Source: Dehalococcoidia bacterium (GTDB lineage Bacteria > Chloroflexota > Dehalococcoidia > Lucifugimonadales > UBA3495). From it: DNA of 64,000 nucleotides. Shown in pieces: positions 45,177 through 55,523 of this stretch; positions within the stretch are counted from its first letter, which is position 1; every line of letters starts with the position of its first letter. The stretch lies in NCBI GenBank assembly GCA_022450395.1, contig JAKUQE010000012.1:2810-66809 (forward strand), written 5' to 3'. The notes under the pieces are model-generated. The model saw only the letters and a list, made by a program, of their open reading frames with translations. It was not told the origin of the DNA and did not search any database. The position numbers were made by a program, and so were the translations under genes.

Positions 45177-46460
45177 TCAACACTCCTCGGACCCCAGCTC
45201 GAAGATCTCCCGGGCCATGCGGAGGTCGCTGGGGCTTCGATGCTGCTTGAGGTAAACGGTGGGGCCATGGAGAATCTTCTTGACGATAGCCTGGGTCATC
45301 GCCTCCAGGGTTGCCGTGTCATCCGGGGATAGATCCGGGTTCATCTTCCGCAGGGTTTTCTTGAGTTCCTGCGCTCTGATGGTTTCAGCCTTGTCCCGTA
45401 GCGCGATCACCGTGGGTAGGGCCTGTTGGGCAAGGCGCCACTGAAGGAAACCTTCCGTTTCCTTGATGATCAACTTCTCCGCCTGCCGGGCTTCGTTGGC
45501 GGCGGCGAACCGGCGGGTTTCAGATACCCTGTCCAGGTCGTCCATGTCGTGAAGAAAGACGTTATCGACCAAGCCCGCTGCCGGGTCTATGTCTCTGGGT
45601 ACAGCGATGTCTATCAGAAACATGGGCCGGTCAGGCCGGGAGGCCATGGCGTTACTGACTAAATCCGCGCCCAAGATGTATTCCGGCGAACCGGTACAGG
45701 CGACCACGAGATCGCTTTCCCGTAGGGCATCGGGCATTTCCGGAAGTGGCACGGCATGGCCTGACAGGGTTTTGGCCAGTTCCACCGCCCGATGATGGGT
45801 ACGGTTAACCACGGTGATGTCCGACACGCCGGAGGAGCGCAATCCCATCGCTGCCAGGCCTCCGGCTTCCCCCGTGCCCAACACCATGGCGCTCAAACCG
45901 GTTAGATCTCCCAAGTCGCCTACGGCCAATTCCACGCAGGCCTGGCTGACGGACATGGCATGCCGGCCGATGCCGGACTCCCGGCGTACCTTGCGTCCCA
46001 CCCGTAGGGCTTGTTGGAAGAGTTGATACAACGGCCCGGTCACGGTTTCGCCGCGTACGGCCGTGTCAAAAGCTTCCCGCACCTGCCCGATTATCTGGTC
46101 TTCGCCCAACATCATCGAATCCAGGCTGGAGGCCACTCGAAAAAGGTGGCTGACGCACTCCCGTCCGCGATGAAGATAGAGGTATCTTTCGACGTCCACC
46201 AGCCGGATGTGGAAATAGTCGACCAAAAACTCTTTAATATTTTTCTCGCCTTCGCCCCATCCGGCAGACGAGTCTGACCCTTCTTGGGGGTCCAAGGCGT
46301 AAAATTCGGAGCGGTTGCAGGTGGACAGGATGACGCCGGGCATTCCGTAAGCCGCCATGGTTGTCAAAGCGGAAGGAAGTTGCTCCGAATTCAGCGTTAT
46401 CTTTTCCCGCACCTCCAGGGGTGCGGTATGGTGGTTCAATCCTACGACCAGGAATTCCAA
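45177..46460 (-). CDS. hemA: glutamyl-tRNA reductase
   Basis: MEFLVVGLNHHTAPLEVREK, STCNRSEFY. Confidence 0.95.
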   Translation of the reverse strand: MEFLVVGLNHHTAPLEVREKITLNSEQLPSALTTMAAYGMPGVILSTCNRSEFYALDPQEGSDSSAGWGEGEKNIKEFLVDYFHIRLVDVERYLYLHRGRECVSHLFRVASSLDSMMLGEDQIIGQVREAFDTAVRGETVTGPLYQLFQQALRVGRKVRRESGIGRHAMSVSQACVELAVGDLGDLTGLSAMVLGTGEAGGLAAMGLRSSGVSDITVVNRTHHRAVELAKTLSGHAVPLPEMPDALRESDLVVACTGSPEYILGADLVSNAMASRPDRPMFLIDIAVPRDIDPAAGLVDNVFLHDMDDLDRVSETRRFAAANEARQAEKLIIKETEGFLQWRLAQQALPTVIALRDKAETIRAQELKKTLRKMNPDLSPDDTATLEAMTQAIVKKILHGPTVYLKQHRSPSDLRMAREIFELGSEEC

Positions 46461-46613
46461 ATAAAGCTCCCTAGCTTATCTCAACAAGGGTCCCTAGATG
46501 TGCCATTGTTCAGAGTTAAGGACCGTTTGGAGTGTATTCTCGCGGCTATGTACTGTCAACGCTGGACGCCTGGGCGGCAAGGTCGTCGAAACCGAATTAC
46601 ATAGGCATGTGTT

Positions 46614-47984
46614 CTAGTCATCCGCCGGTGCCGGCACTACCTCGGCTTCGGCGGATTCCAGCGGTTGCAGCTGGGACCCCAGATTGCGCACGCCGCGGTT
46701 TAGGAGAGCAGGCCCAATGGCGAAAGCCGACACCGCCAACCCCCCAACCGCGATCGCGAAGGGAGTCGTGATGATGCTGGCCAGCGCCCCGGCCTGCATT
46801 CCTCCCAGGGGCATTATGCTCCAGGTCATTCCGTAGAACCCCATGACCCGCCCTCGCATCCGGTCGGGTACCAGCATCTGAAGAGAACTTTGGATGGATA
46901 TCATATAGCCGGAGTTGCAGGCGCCCATGACGAACAGTATGGCCATCACCACGTAGAGCGACCCGATAAATTGTGCGGCCATCGCGAAAGCGGCCACCAG
47001 CAAGCCGAAGGCCACGGCGCCGCCGATGATAAATGCGCCCTTATTGACTACTTTGCCGCGGGCCCCGAACCAAATGGTGGTGAGCAGCGCGCCGATTCCA
47101 CCGACGCCCAACATCAGCCCTTGTCCCCGGGCGCCTACGTCCAGGATGTCCACCGCGAAGACAGGCATGAGCATGATATAGGCCATGCCGAAGAAGCTGT
47201 TGAAGAAGGTCATGCTGATGAGGAACGAGAATATGGAGTTGCGCTTTATGAAGCGGAGACCCTCCAGCATGTCCTGGGCGGCGTTGCCCCGGGAACCCCG
47301 AGGAATCGGCGGTACCCGGAGGAAGAACATAACCACCGACATGGTCAAGAACCCGGCCCCGGCTATAAAGAAGGCGGCTTCGGTGTTGATGAAGTCGATG
47401 ATGAATCCGGCTATGGCCGGGGCGATGATCCGGGTGCCCTGCCAGATGACGGAGTTCATGGCCACCGCGCTCATCATGACCTTGCGATCGATCAGGTGAG
47501 GGTAGATGGCCTGACGAGCCGGAGTATCGAAAGCCTCCACGGCGCCGGCCAGAAAAGCGATCGCCAGGATGTGCCACGGCTGCACGACATCTAATAGGGT
47601 GAGTATCGCCAGCAGAAAAATCAGGCCGGCGGTGGTGGCCTGAGTGCATATGATCAGCAGGCGTTTGTCCAGCTTGTCGGCGAATACGCCGCCAAATAGG
47701 TTGAAGAACATGCCGGGGAGGGCGTTGGCGACGCCCGCATACCCCAAGAACCAAGGCGAGTCGGTGATGAGGTAGATCAGCCAGAGTTGGCCGACACGGA
47801 ACATCTGGTAACCGCTAACCGCCGCCAACATCCCGAGCCAATAGGCCCGGTATTTGGGGTATTGCAGCGCCGGAGGTAGGAAGGATTTCGCAAACCCCCT
47901 TCTACGGCGGCGGAATGCGGGTCCGATGGCGACGGCCATGAAGACGACGCCAAAGGCCAGGATCACCAGGCCGATAAAGGTCAT
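46614..47984 (-). CDS. MFS transporter
   Basis: About 12 TM segments. DKLDKRLLI loop motif typical of MFS. Confidence 0.85.
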   Translation of the reverse strand: MTFIGLVILAFGVVFMAVAIGPAFRRRRRGFAKSFLPPALQYPKYRAYWLGMLAAVSGYQMFRVGQLWLIYLITDSPWFLGYAGVANALPGMFFNLFGGVFADKLDKRLLIICTQATTAGLIFLLAILTLLDVVQPWHILAIAFLAGAVEAFDTPARQAIYPHLIDRKVMMSAVAMNSVIWQGTRIIAPAIAGFIIDFINTEAAFFIAGAGFLTMSVVMFFLRVPPIPRGSRGNAAQDMLEGLRFIKRNSIFSFLISMTFFNSFFGMAYIMLMPVFAVDILDVGARGQGLMLGVGGIGALLTTIWFGARGKVVNKGAFIIGGAVAFGLLVAAFAMAAQFIGSLYVVMAILFVMGACNSGYMISIQSSLQMLVPDRMRGRVMGFYGMTWSIMPLGGMQAGALASIITTPFAIAVGGLAVSAFAIGPALLNRGVRNLGSQLQPLESAEAEVVPAPADD

Positions 47985-48146
47985 GATGCGGGCGCAGGGG
48001 TCAACAGACCCGGTAGTATCATCCCGCGCCGATAGACCTCTGGAGAGGGGACTATCTGTCGATCGGAGAGATGTCCCGGATCAGCGTTAACGCCATGATT
48101 AAATAGATACGTGCTTTTCCTCGATCGGCCAGGCCGTGGGTGAGTT

Positions 48147-48407
48147 TTAAACCTTGGTGGCAGGCTTTTCGCGCTGGACCAGCATACCTTCCAGGATTCG
48201 CTCAAGAGCCATGGTATGGCTGCACACGCCCCTGGTGTCGAAATAGTGGCACTGACAGTCCCAACCGGCTTCGTCGTAGGTGATCTGATAAGTATTGTGG
48301 TTACCATCGAAGCTCGCCTGCAGAGTAGTGATCGTTACCCGCTCTTTCTGCTCGGCGTAGGTCCTGGACTTCTCGATCTTGCTCACTATGCTGGAGTCCA
48401 TTGTCAC
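48147..48407 (-). CDS. small SWIM zinc-finger protein (86 aa)
   Basis: CxC-x10-CxH: WDCQCHYFDTRGVCSHTMAL. Confidence 0.6.
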   Translation of the reverse strand: MTMDSSIVSKIEKSRTYAEQKERVTITTLQASFDGNHNTYQITYDEAGWDCQCHYFDTRGVCSHTMALERILEGMLVQREKPATKV

Positions 48408-48557
48408 CTCCGAACCATTTATGATTATGGGCCGTGAGATGGGCCGCCGCCCTTAAACCCCGATTGTGCTATCCATCCCTATTGTAGTCGTAACGACCGG
48501 ATAAATTCAATCTTTGGCTCAGGCTGGGCGAGGGTGGAAAGTATCTAGAGAGATTAA

Positions 48558-48586
48558 TTGACGCTATTTGCCCCTTGGCATACAAT
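48558..48586 (+). promoter_or_regulatory. promoter TTGACG-N17-TACAAT upstream of alaS
   Basis: Hexamers read directly, 50 nt upstream of the ATG. Confidence 0.55.
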
Positions 48587-48636
48587 TTCAACCACTCCAA
48601 CGCATTCCGTAATCTTAGTAAAGCGAGTCTAGAAAC

Positions 48637-51582
48637 ATGACCGGCGACGAGATCAGGGACTTATTTACCCGCTTCTTTCAAGACCGAGGCCACCTGGCCA
48701 TGCCCAGCGCCTCGCTGATTCCCTCGGGAGACCCGACCCTGTTGTTTACCAGCGCAGGTATGGTCCCCTTCAAGCCCTATTTTACCGGGGAGCAGACGCC
48801 GCCCAGCATCAGGATGACCAGCAGCCAGAAGAGCTTCCGTACCACCGACATCGACGAGGTGGGCGACCACAAGCACCTGACCTTTTTCGAGATGCTGGGC
48901 AACTTCAGTATCGGCGACTACTTCAAAGAGGGCGCAATTGGCTTCGCCTGGGAGCTGGTTACCAAGGAGTTCGGCCTGGACCCGGAGCGGATCTTCGTTA
49001 CTATCCATCTGGATGACGACGATGCATTCCTGATCTGGCGGGACCAAGTGGGAGTCCCAGAGGAGCGCATCTACCGGTACGGCGACAGCGACAACTGGTG
49101 GGGTCCCGCGGGCAATGAAGGAGCTACGGGCCCCTGTTCTGAGATCCATTATGACGGTGGGAGGGACAAGGGCTGCCAGGATATGGTCGAACCGGACGTC
49201 TTGACGGCCATCCTGCGGGAAGACCGGGACGCCGGCGCAAAGTCTGGTTTTCCGGATGTCCCGGGTTGCCACCCTAACTGCAACTGCGAGCGTTTCGTGG
49301 AGCTGTGGAACCTGGTGTTCATGCAGTATTACCAGGACACCGAGGGCGTCCGCGAACCCCTACCCGCTCCCAGCGTCGACACCGGAATGGGTCTGGAACG
49401 GGCGGCGGTCATTCTCCAGGGCAAGTCCAACATCTACGAGACAGATCTTTTCGTGCCGATCATCGAGAAGGCCTGCGAGCTAACCGGCAAGACTTACGGG
49501 CAGGACCAGCAGACCGACTACGCCCTGCGGGTTGTGGCGGAGCATGCCAGGTCCGCCGCATTTCTGATCGGCGACGGTGTCTCTCCCGGAAATGAGGGGC
49601 GAGGCTACGTCCTGCGCCGGATCATCCGCCGGGCCATCCGCCACGGACGTCAGTTGGGCATGGCCGAGCCTTTCCTGGCCGAAGTCACCGAAGTAGTGCT
49701 AGGCCACTTCAGCCACGTTTACCATGAATTGGAAGAGAACCATGACTTCATTTTGCGGGTGATCCGCTCGGAGGAGGAGCGGTTCGGGCGTACCTTCGAG
49801 CAGGGCAACGGCATCCTCCGCGGCCTATTCAAGCTTAGGGAGGCCGCGATTCCTATTCTGATTCAAGCCAAGAGCGATGCGGCCCAAGCAAGTGTTTTGA
49901 TTACCACATTGACAGCGGCATCGTCGATTTCCGGCGATGCGGACGAATCCATTGGAGTAGACCTGGCGGTCAACTCTCTCGCTCAACGCCTGGCCGACAT
50001 TGATCGTGGCCAGATAAATGAGTCCTTGGATGATTGGTCCGGCCGCATCAGCGGCATTGAAACGTTCATCTTGTATGCCACCCATGGCTTTCCTCCGGAA
50101 CTCACCGCCGAGATCGCCCGGGAGCACGGGCTGGAAGTCGACATGGACGGCTTCCAGCGAGAGATGGAGGTCCACGAAGAGCAGTCCAAGTCCGACCGGG
50201 CCTTCACCGGCAGTATGGAAATGCTGTCGGCCTATGAAGACTTGGGCTTGGGGGCAACTCCCTTCGTCGGATACGACGGTATGAGCCAAGAATCGACTTT
50301 GGCCGCCATTTTGGTTGGACCATCGGCAGGCTCGGGACAAACGGAACCCGAGGGCTCAGGACAACTGGAACCGTCGAGCCATGCCACCCAAGGCCAAAGG
50401 GTTGAGGTGGTCCTAGCGGAGACGCCGTTTTACGCCGAGGGCGGCGGCCAGCTCGGCGACCAGGGAATGATCACCGGTCCCAACGGGGTGGTACGGGTTG
50501 AGGACACTCAGAGCCCGGTTGCCGGTCTCATCGTCCACCGGGGCGTGGTGGAGCAGGGAGACATTTCCGTGGGGGAGAAGGTAACCGCCCAAGTTGACAT
50601 AAACCGCCGATTGGATGCATCCCGAAACCATAGCGGCACCCATCTGCTGCATGCCAGCCTGCGGTCGGTGCTGGGCGCCCACGTGCACCAGGCCGGTTCG
50701 CTGGTTAATCCGGACCGGCTTCGCTTCGACTTTAGCCACGTCACCGCCCTGTCTCCCCAGGAGATATTGTCGGTCCAGGCCTTGTCCAACGAAAAAGTGC
50801 GGGAAAATCTGCTGGTATCAACCCAAGAGACCACCTACGCCGAGGCGGTGCGCCAGGGAGCCCTGGCCTTTTTTGGCGACAAGTATGGCGACGTGGTCCG
50901 CATGGTCAGCATGTCCAACGGCGAGGCATTCAGCGTGGAAGTTTGCGGCGGTACCCACGTTTCGGCCACCGGCCAGGTGGGTACCCTGTTTGTGCTGGGC
51001 GAGTCCTCTATAGGAGGCGGGATGCGCCGCATCGAGGCGGTCACCGGGCGGGCCGCCGAGGAGTTGTTTATCCAACAGGCCGCCAAGCTGGATGCTCTCT
51101 CCCAGAGATTGCAGACTCCCGTGGCCGACTTGGAAGCGCGGCTGGATAGTTTCATCAGCGATACCGAAGACCTAAGACGCCGGTTGGCGGCTCTGGAAAG
51201 GTCGACCCTGCGGTCCGAGGCCGAGGAGATCCTGGGCCGGGTGGTGGATGTAGACGGGGTAAAAGTCGTGGCGGCCCGGACATCGGCGCCCGATCCCGAA
51301 GCCATGCGTGAGATGGGCGACTTTTTGAAAGCCAAGCTATCCAGCGTCGTGGTAATGTTGGGATCGGTGGTGGATGGCAGCCCCATCTTGATCGCCATGG
51401 TTACCCCGGATTTGGTGGAGAAGGGGCTGCACGCCGGTAACTTGGCTCGGGACACCGCCAAGGTTGTGGGCGGAGGAGGCGGGGGCCGTCCGGACATGGC
51501 TCAGGCCGGCGGACGAGACGCGGGTAAGTTGGATGAAGCTCTCTCAGGGGTCCCCGAGTTGGTCAAGCAGAGCCTGTCCTGA
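48637..51582 (+). CDS. alaS: alanine--tRNA ligase (981 aa, about 100 aa longer than typical)
   Basis: SASLIPSGDPTLLFTSAGM, editing-domain HSGTHLLH, C-terminal GGGGGRPDMAQAGG. Confidence 0.95.
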   Translation: MTGDEIRDLFTRFFQDRGHLAMPSASLIPSGDPTLLFTSAGMVPFKPYFTGEQTPPSIRMTSSQKSFRTTDIDEVGDHKHLTFFEMLGNFSIGDYFKEGAIGFAWELVTKEFGLDPERIFVTIHLDDDDAFLIWRDQVGVPEERIYRYGDSDNWWGPAGNEGATGPCSEIHYDGGRDKGCQDMVEPDVLTAILREDRDAGAKSGFPDVPGCHPNCNCERFVELWNLVFMQYYQDTEGVREPLPAPSVDTGMGLERAAVILQGKSNIYETDLFVPIIEKACELTGKTYGQDQQTDYALRVVAEHARSAAFLIGDGVSPGNEGRGYVLRRIIRRAIRHGRQLGMAEPFLAEVTEVVLGHFSHVYHELEENHDFILRVIRSEEERFGRTFEQGNGILRGLFKLREAAIPILIQAKSDAAQASVLITTLTAASSISGDADESIGVDLAVNSLAQRLADIDRGQINESLDDWSGRISGIETFILYATHGFPPELTAEIAREHGLEVDMDGFQREMEVHEEQSKSDRAFTGSMEMLSAYEDLGLGATPFVGYDGMSQESTLAAILVGPSAGSGQTEPEGSGQLEPSSHATQGQRVEVVLAETPFYAEGGGQLGDQGMITGPNGVVRVEDTQSPVAGLIVHRGVVEQGDISVGEKVTAQVDINRRLDASRNHSGTHLLHASLRSVLGAHVHQAGSLVNPDRLRFDFSHVTALSPQEILSVQALSNEKVRENLLVSTQETTYAEAVRQGALAFFGDKYGDVVRMVSMSNGEAFSVEVCGGTHVSATGQVGTLFVLGESSIGGGMRRIEAVTGRAAEELFIQQAAKLDALSQRLQTPVADLEARLDSFISDTEDLRRRLAALERSTLRSEAEEILGRVVDVDGVKVVAARTSAPDPEAMREMGDFLKAKLSSVVVMLGSVVDGSPILIAMVTPDLVEKGLHAGNLARDTAKVVGGGGGGRPDMAQAGGRDAGKLDEALSGVPELVKQSLS

Positions 51583-51604
51583 GTTCGACAAAGGAGCTGA
51601 GACG

Positions 51605-52018
51605 CTGAGACTGCTGGCTTTGGACCTGGGGGAGAAACGTATCGGACTGGCGGTGAGCGGCCCTGAGGGGAGGCTGACCCTGCCGGCGGGACACGTTCAG
51701 CGCACCAAGCTGGTTGAGGATGTGCGCCGGGTGTTGGAAGCGGCCGGGGAGCGAAGGGTAGAGGGATTGGTGGTGGGTATTCCCTATAGTCTCAACGGTG
51801 AAACCGGCCCTCAGGCAAAACGGGCCCTGGTTTTCGTGAGAGCTCTCCGGAAACAAACCTCCCTGCCGGTGCACGAAACCGACGAGCGGTACACCTCGGT
51901 GGAAGCCGAGGCGCTGATGCGGGAGGCGGGCCGCCAGCCCTCCAGGGACCGCGCCGCCGTGGACGAAGCCGCGGCAGTTTTGATTCTACAGCGGTTTTTG
52001 GACGCACGGACCGCCTAA
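51605..52018 (+). CDS. ruvX: YqgF/RuvX-type pre-16S rRNA nuclease / Holliday-junction-resolvase-like protein
   Basis: LRLLALDLGEKRIGLAVS. SD AAGGAG at 51591-51596 favours a non-ATG start near 51605. The alternative ATG 51533 overlaps alaS. Confidence 0.8.
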   Translation: MRLLALDLGEKRIGLAVSGPEGRLTLPAGHVQRTKLVEDVRRVLEAAGERRVEGLVVGIPYSLNGETGPQAKRALVFVRALRKQTSLPVHETDERYTSVEAEALMREAGRQPSRDRAAVDEAAAVLILQRFLDARTA

Positions 52019-52085
52019 AGGTATCGCGTTGAGCAGCGGGTTTCACCTTCTACGGTGATCCGCAACCCGTGATCGACCCGAGATT

Positions 52086-52862
52086 CTAGTCCAGATAGGT
52101 TCGGTCGAAGTCTTCGGACAACAGATCCATCGCGTCCATGTCCCAGTCGAAGGAAAGCACCACCGAGCGGTCGGACGTTGCGGACAGCAGGCGCTTCCCA
52201 TTCTTGGCCACCACGCTCTCGGCCTCCCGGTAGTCCAACTCCTCCGGCTCTTCCCCGGTGCGGTTGCACACCATTATCGGCAAACCAGTGTCCAGGGAAC
52301 GCTGCTCCCACTCGCCGTCGGGTCCGCAACGGCCCGGACCCCACGACACCGGCGAAATCAACAACTCGGCGCCGTTGTCTTTCAACGCCTGAGCAACTTC
52401 GTTCTTATAGGCGTCGGCGCAGATCAGAATCCCGGCCTGCACCCCACCGCATTCCACGGGTACAATCTTCGTGCCGGCGGTGGACCAAGACTCGGCGCCG
52501 CCCAGGGCCTTGATCTTGCTGTGCTTGCCGACGATATGGCCTTGTTGGTTGATAACGAACACCGTGTTGTACAGCTTGTCGGTCGCGGGGTCGCGTTCGG
52601 GATGGGACAGGAAGACCGAAACGTTCCTTTTCTTGACCAACTTGCAGAATTCTTCCATCCAGGGACCCGGCTGGGGGGTGATCCAGTCGGTGCCGATCTG
52701 CTTCATGAACAGGTAACCGGGGATGCATAGCTCGGGGGTAATCACCCAGTCAGCCCCATCGTCGGCGGCCACGTTAACCGCGCGCTCTACCAGCCTACGG
52801 TTGTGTTCGATTTCGCATGTGACCGGGGCCAGGTGTAAAAATGAAACCCGCAGCTTTCGCAT
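52086..52862 (-). CDS. carbon-nitrogen hydrolase (nitrilase superfamily)
   Basis: MRKLRVSFLHLAP.., ITPELCIPGY (catalytic Glu region), ILICADAY (Cys). Confidence 0.85.
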   Translation of the reverse strand: MRKLRVSFLHLAPVTCEIEHNRRLVERAVNVAADDGADWVITPELCIPGYLFMKQIGTDWITPQPGPWMEEFCKLVKKRNVSVFLSHPERDPATDKLYNTVFVINQQGHIVGKHSKIKALGGAESWSTAGTKIVPVECGGVQAGILICADAYKNEVAQALKDNGAELLISPVSWGPGRCGPDGEWEQRSLDTGLPIMVCNRTGEEPEELDYREAESVVAKNGKRLLSATSDRSVVLSFDWDMDAMDLLSEDFDRTYLD

Positions 52863-53068
52863 ACTTTCCTTTTGTGTATCCGGCGGATGAAGAGTACCCG
52901 TTTGGGCGATCTCCCATCGCCGGGGTGCCCCTGCATCGTTGATGGCAATTATAGCACCAGCTAGTTTTAGCCTGGAAGCCGTGTTGGGTTTACTTGACGC
53001 ATGGAGGCGGGGGCGGGAGAATAGAAAAGCGCATCTCCTCACATCGCCGTCTCGGGCGAACAGCGCAT

Positions 53069-53142
53069 TGCCCGGTGGTGTAGTGGTAGCACATCAGCCT
53101 TTGGAGCTGATAGCCCTGGTTCGAGCCCAGGCCGGGTAGCCA
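53069..53142 (+). tRNA. tRNA-Gln (anticodon TTG), CCA encoded
   Basis: Acceptor TGCCCGG/CCGGGTA, anticodon stem TCAGC/GCTGA with loop CTTTGGA, T-arm CCTGG-TTCGAGC-CCAGG. Confidence 0.9.
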
Positions 53143-53196
53143 GCATTCCCCTTTATACAGTACACGGCGCTATGTGTCTGACCCCCTTCTTACTGA

Positions 53197-53658
53197 GTGC
53201 AGGAGACTTCATTGGCGAAATCCAAAGCCAAAACAGTTGACGAGTACTTGCTTGAACTTCCGGAAGACCGGCGTGCCGCAATCGCCGCCGTCCGGCAAGT
53301 GATCCTGACCAACTTACCCGAGGGCTATCACGAGATGATGCAGTTCGGGATGATCGGGTACGTCGTCCCTTTGGAGCATTATCCGGTGACCTATAACGGT
53401 CAGCCCCTGATGTTTGCCGCCCTAACTTCTCAGAAGAACTATATGTCGTTGTACCTCATGAACATCTACAGTGACGAAGCGGTAGAAAAGTGGTTCGTTG
53501 AGCGGTATAAGGCCAGCGGGAAAAGATTGGACATGGGTAAGGCTTGTGTCCGGTTTAAGAGTCTGCAAGACCTACCGATCGACCTGGTCGGAGAAGCCAT
53601 AGCCCTTACTCCCGTAGCCCATTTCATAGAACGGTACGAGGCGTCCCGGAAGAGATAA
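53197..53658 (+). CDS. DUF1801 (YdhG-like) domain protein
   Basis: KTVDEYLLELPEDRRAAIAAVRQVIL..KNYMSLYL pattern. Start uncertain. Confidence 0.6.
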   Translation: MQETSLAKSKAKTVDEYLLELPEDRRAAIAAVRQVILTNLPEGYHEMMQFGMIGYVVPLEHYPVTYNGQPLMFAALTSQKNYMSLYLMNIYSDEAVEKWFVERYKASGKRLDMGKACVRFKSLQDLPIDLVGEAIALTPVAHFIERYEASRKR

Positions 53659-53731
53659 GAGATAGGAAAAGCACGCCGCCTTCAAGATAGCAACCGATCA
53701 TGATGTTAGTCGATGGTGGTGAGGCAGAGTG

Positions 53732-54550
53732 ATGAGCGCCGACCAAAGCGATAATCCGCTTAACATGTACCAACTCGATCAGGATGGACCGTTCGTCCTT
53801 CCGAAGACGAACTGCTCAGTGCGGCGAGCAGATTTTCTCCGGCGGGGCAACGAATTTCTCGGTTTCTATACAGTCACCTAGATAACATCAAAGCAAGGCT
53901 TCGAGGCAATATTTCAAACTGGCCAACAGAGATTGTTCAGTGATGGCACTCCCCTAAGGTTTACCATGCCCGACGGCGAAACTATCTCCCAGCTTAATTA
54001 CGGCTTGTTTAAAAAGCTGTTCTCCCGCGCACCCTCTCATCTCACAAACCAAGTATTCTTGATGCTATACGGCAGCTTTGAAGCATATATCGCTGATCTA
54101 GTCTTGGATGGCTTAACACATCAAGACACCAAAGATCCTTATCAAGAGGCTTTGCACCTAATGGTTCTAGCGAAGTGGCGAGGGAAGATCGACCGAATCG
54201 GACAGAAACTCAATGTAGGCCTGGGCAAACGTCGGTTTGTTGCCAAATTTCGGGACATGGAATTGGAATTTTTGGGGGAGCAGTTCAAAGACCCGTTGGA
54301 ATTCTTGGAAAGGGCGGGGGGTCTACGTCATCTGCTCGTCCATTCAAGCGGGAGAGTGGATGAGGCGTTCGCCAGTCAATACCCGAAAGCCAATATGCGA
54401 GCCGGGGACACGATCTCTTTACCGACTGACCTCCCGATTGCATTGCATCTATTTCTGGTTCATTTAAGCGACCTGTTTGACGAGATCTTCGCCGCTAAGT
54501 TTGGCTGGGACCGTACAACTATCGGCCCTGAAACGCTTGCTGGTTATTAA
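53732..54550 (+). pseudogene. HEPN-like (Rx4H) protein interrupted by in-frame TAG (53879-53881)
   Basis: ORF MSADQSDNPL..GFYTVT* and track ORF 53933-54550 share one frame, and the frame is open from 53882. Motif GGLRHLLVHSSG fits Rx4H. Low-GC region. Confidence 0.5.
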
Positions 54551-54645
54551 CTCCAATCTTGGCATCTTTGATGCGAATCGTAGGTCAAGTTGAAAGGTAC
54601 TTGAATGGGTTCGGCAGCCATTCGGCATTGAAGCCCTCTGCCGGC

Positions 54646-55065
54646 TTAATCCCGCGCGTCGTGCCTGGCCAAGTTTCCCTGCCAGGCAAGGATGCGCTGG
54701 TCGGAGGTCAGTAGGGTTTGGCCTCTAAGCATGGCCGTTGCCGTAATGATACGGTCGGCTTGGTCTCCTGGGAGACCTTCGAGTTCCGCTGCTAGGATCC
54801 CAATCTCACCAGTTAGTGATATCTCCTCTATGCCTAATCCAAGAGCATTTTGGCGCCATTGGCTGTTGGAATAGGCCAATATGAGCCGTCCTTGTGTGGT
54901 GAGTAATGCGACTTCCCAGAAGGAGATTGCTGAAACGAAGAGCAGGTTGTCTCGTAGGGCTTGATCGGCGATGTCGCGGCTGGCCGGACCAAGACGTTGG
55001 TCGCCGTCCATGGCCCAAATAAGGGCGTTGGTATCCAGAAGAATGGGACTACTCAATCTCAGCAT
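54646..55065 (-). CDS. vapC: type II toxin, PIN-domain ribonuclease VapC
   Basis: ILLDTNALIWAMDG.., FWEVALL. Overlaps the antitoxin gene by 17 nt. Confidence 0.85.
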   Translation of the reverse strand: MLRLSSPILLDTNALIWAMDGDQRLGPASRDIADQALRDNLLFVSAISFWEVALLTTQGRLILAYSNSQWRQNALGLGIEEISLTGEIGILAAELEGLPGDQADRIITATAMLRGQTLLTSDQRILAWQGNLARHDARD

Positions 55066-55279
55066 TCCATTCTACGTCGATCGGAGAAGTTACGTCTCCC
55101 ATGTACAGGATCGAACCTTTAAGTGCTCCAAATAGTGTTTTAGGCTTTTGCACCGCCGGGACAAGCTGGGCGACGGGAACGCCGTATTTAGTGATGACCA
55201 CAGGCTCCCCTGTTGCCGCAACCTCATCCATAATCTTGAGGCATTTGGCTTTGAACTCCGATGCTTTAACGGTTCTCAT
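55049..55279 (-). CDS. type II antitoxin, Phd/YefM family
   Basis: MRTVKASEFKAKCLKIMDEVAATGEPVVITKYGVPVAQLVP. SD GGAGAC before ATG 55279. Confidence 0.8.
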   Translation of the reverse strand: MRTVKASEFKAKCLKIMDEVAATGEPVVITKYGVPVAQLVPAVQKPKTLFGALKGSILYMGDVTSPIDVEWNAEIE

Positions 55280-55523
55280 CGTGTCTCCAGTATTATGACT
55301 ATAGTCATAACCATAGTAACATATCGGCATCTACCGACTGACCCAGATCGATGACTTATTCAAGCCTGTCGAGGGTTTGCTTGCTTCTCTTGCGGCTCTT
55401 TTGATAGTTGGTATTTGACCGCCTGTCCCTTGGACGGGTATATTATCCTGCGACAACAATTCCGGCCCGGGAACGTGACATGATAACTAGCCGTGATAGT
55501 AATCTGATGACGAAAGGTCGGTT

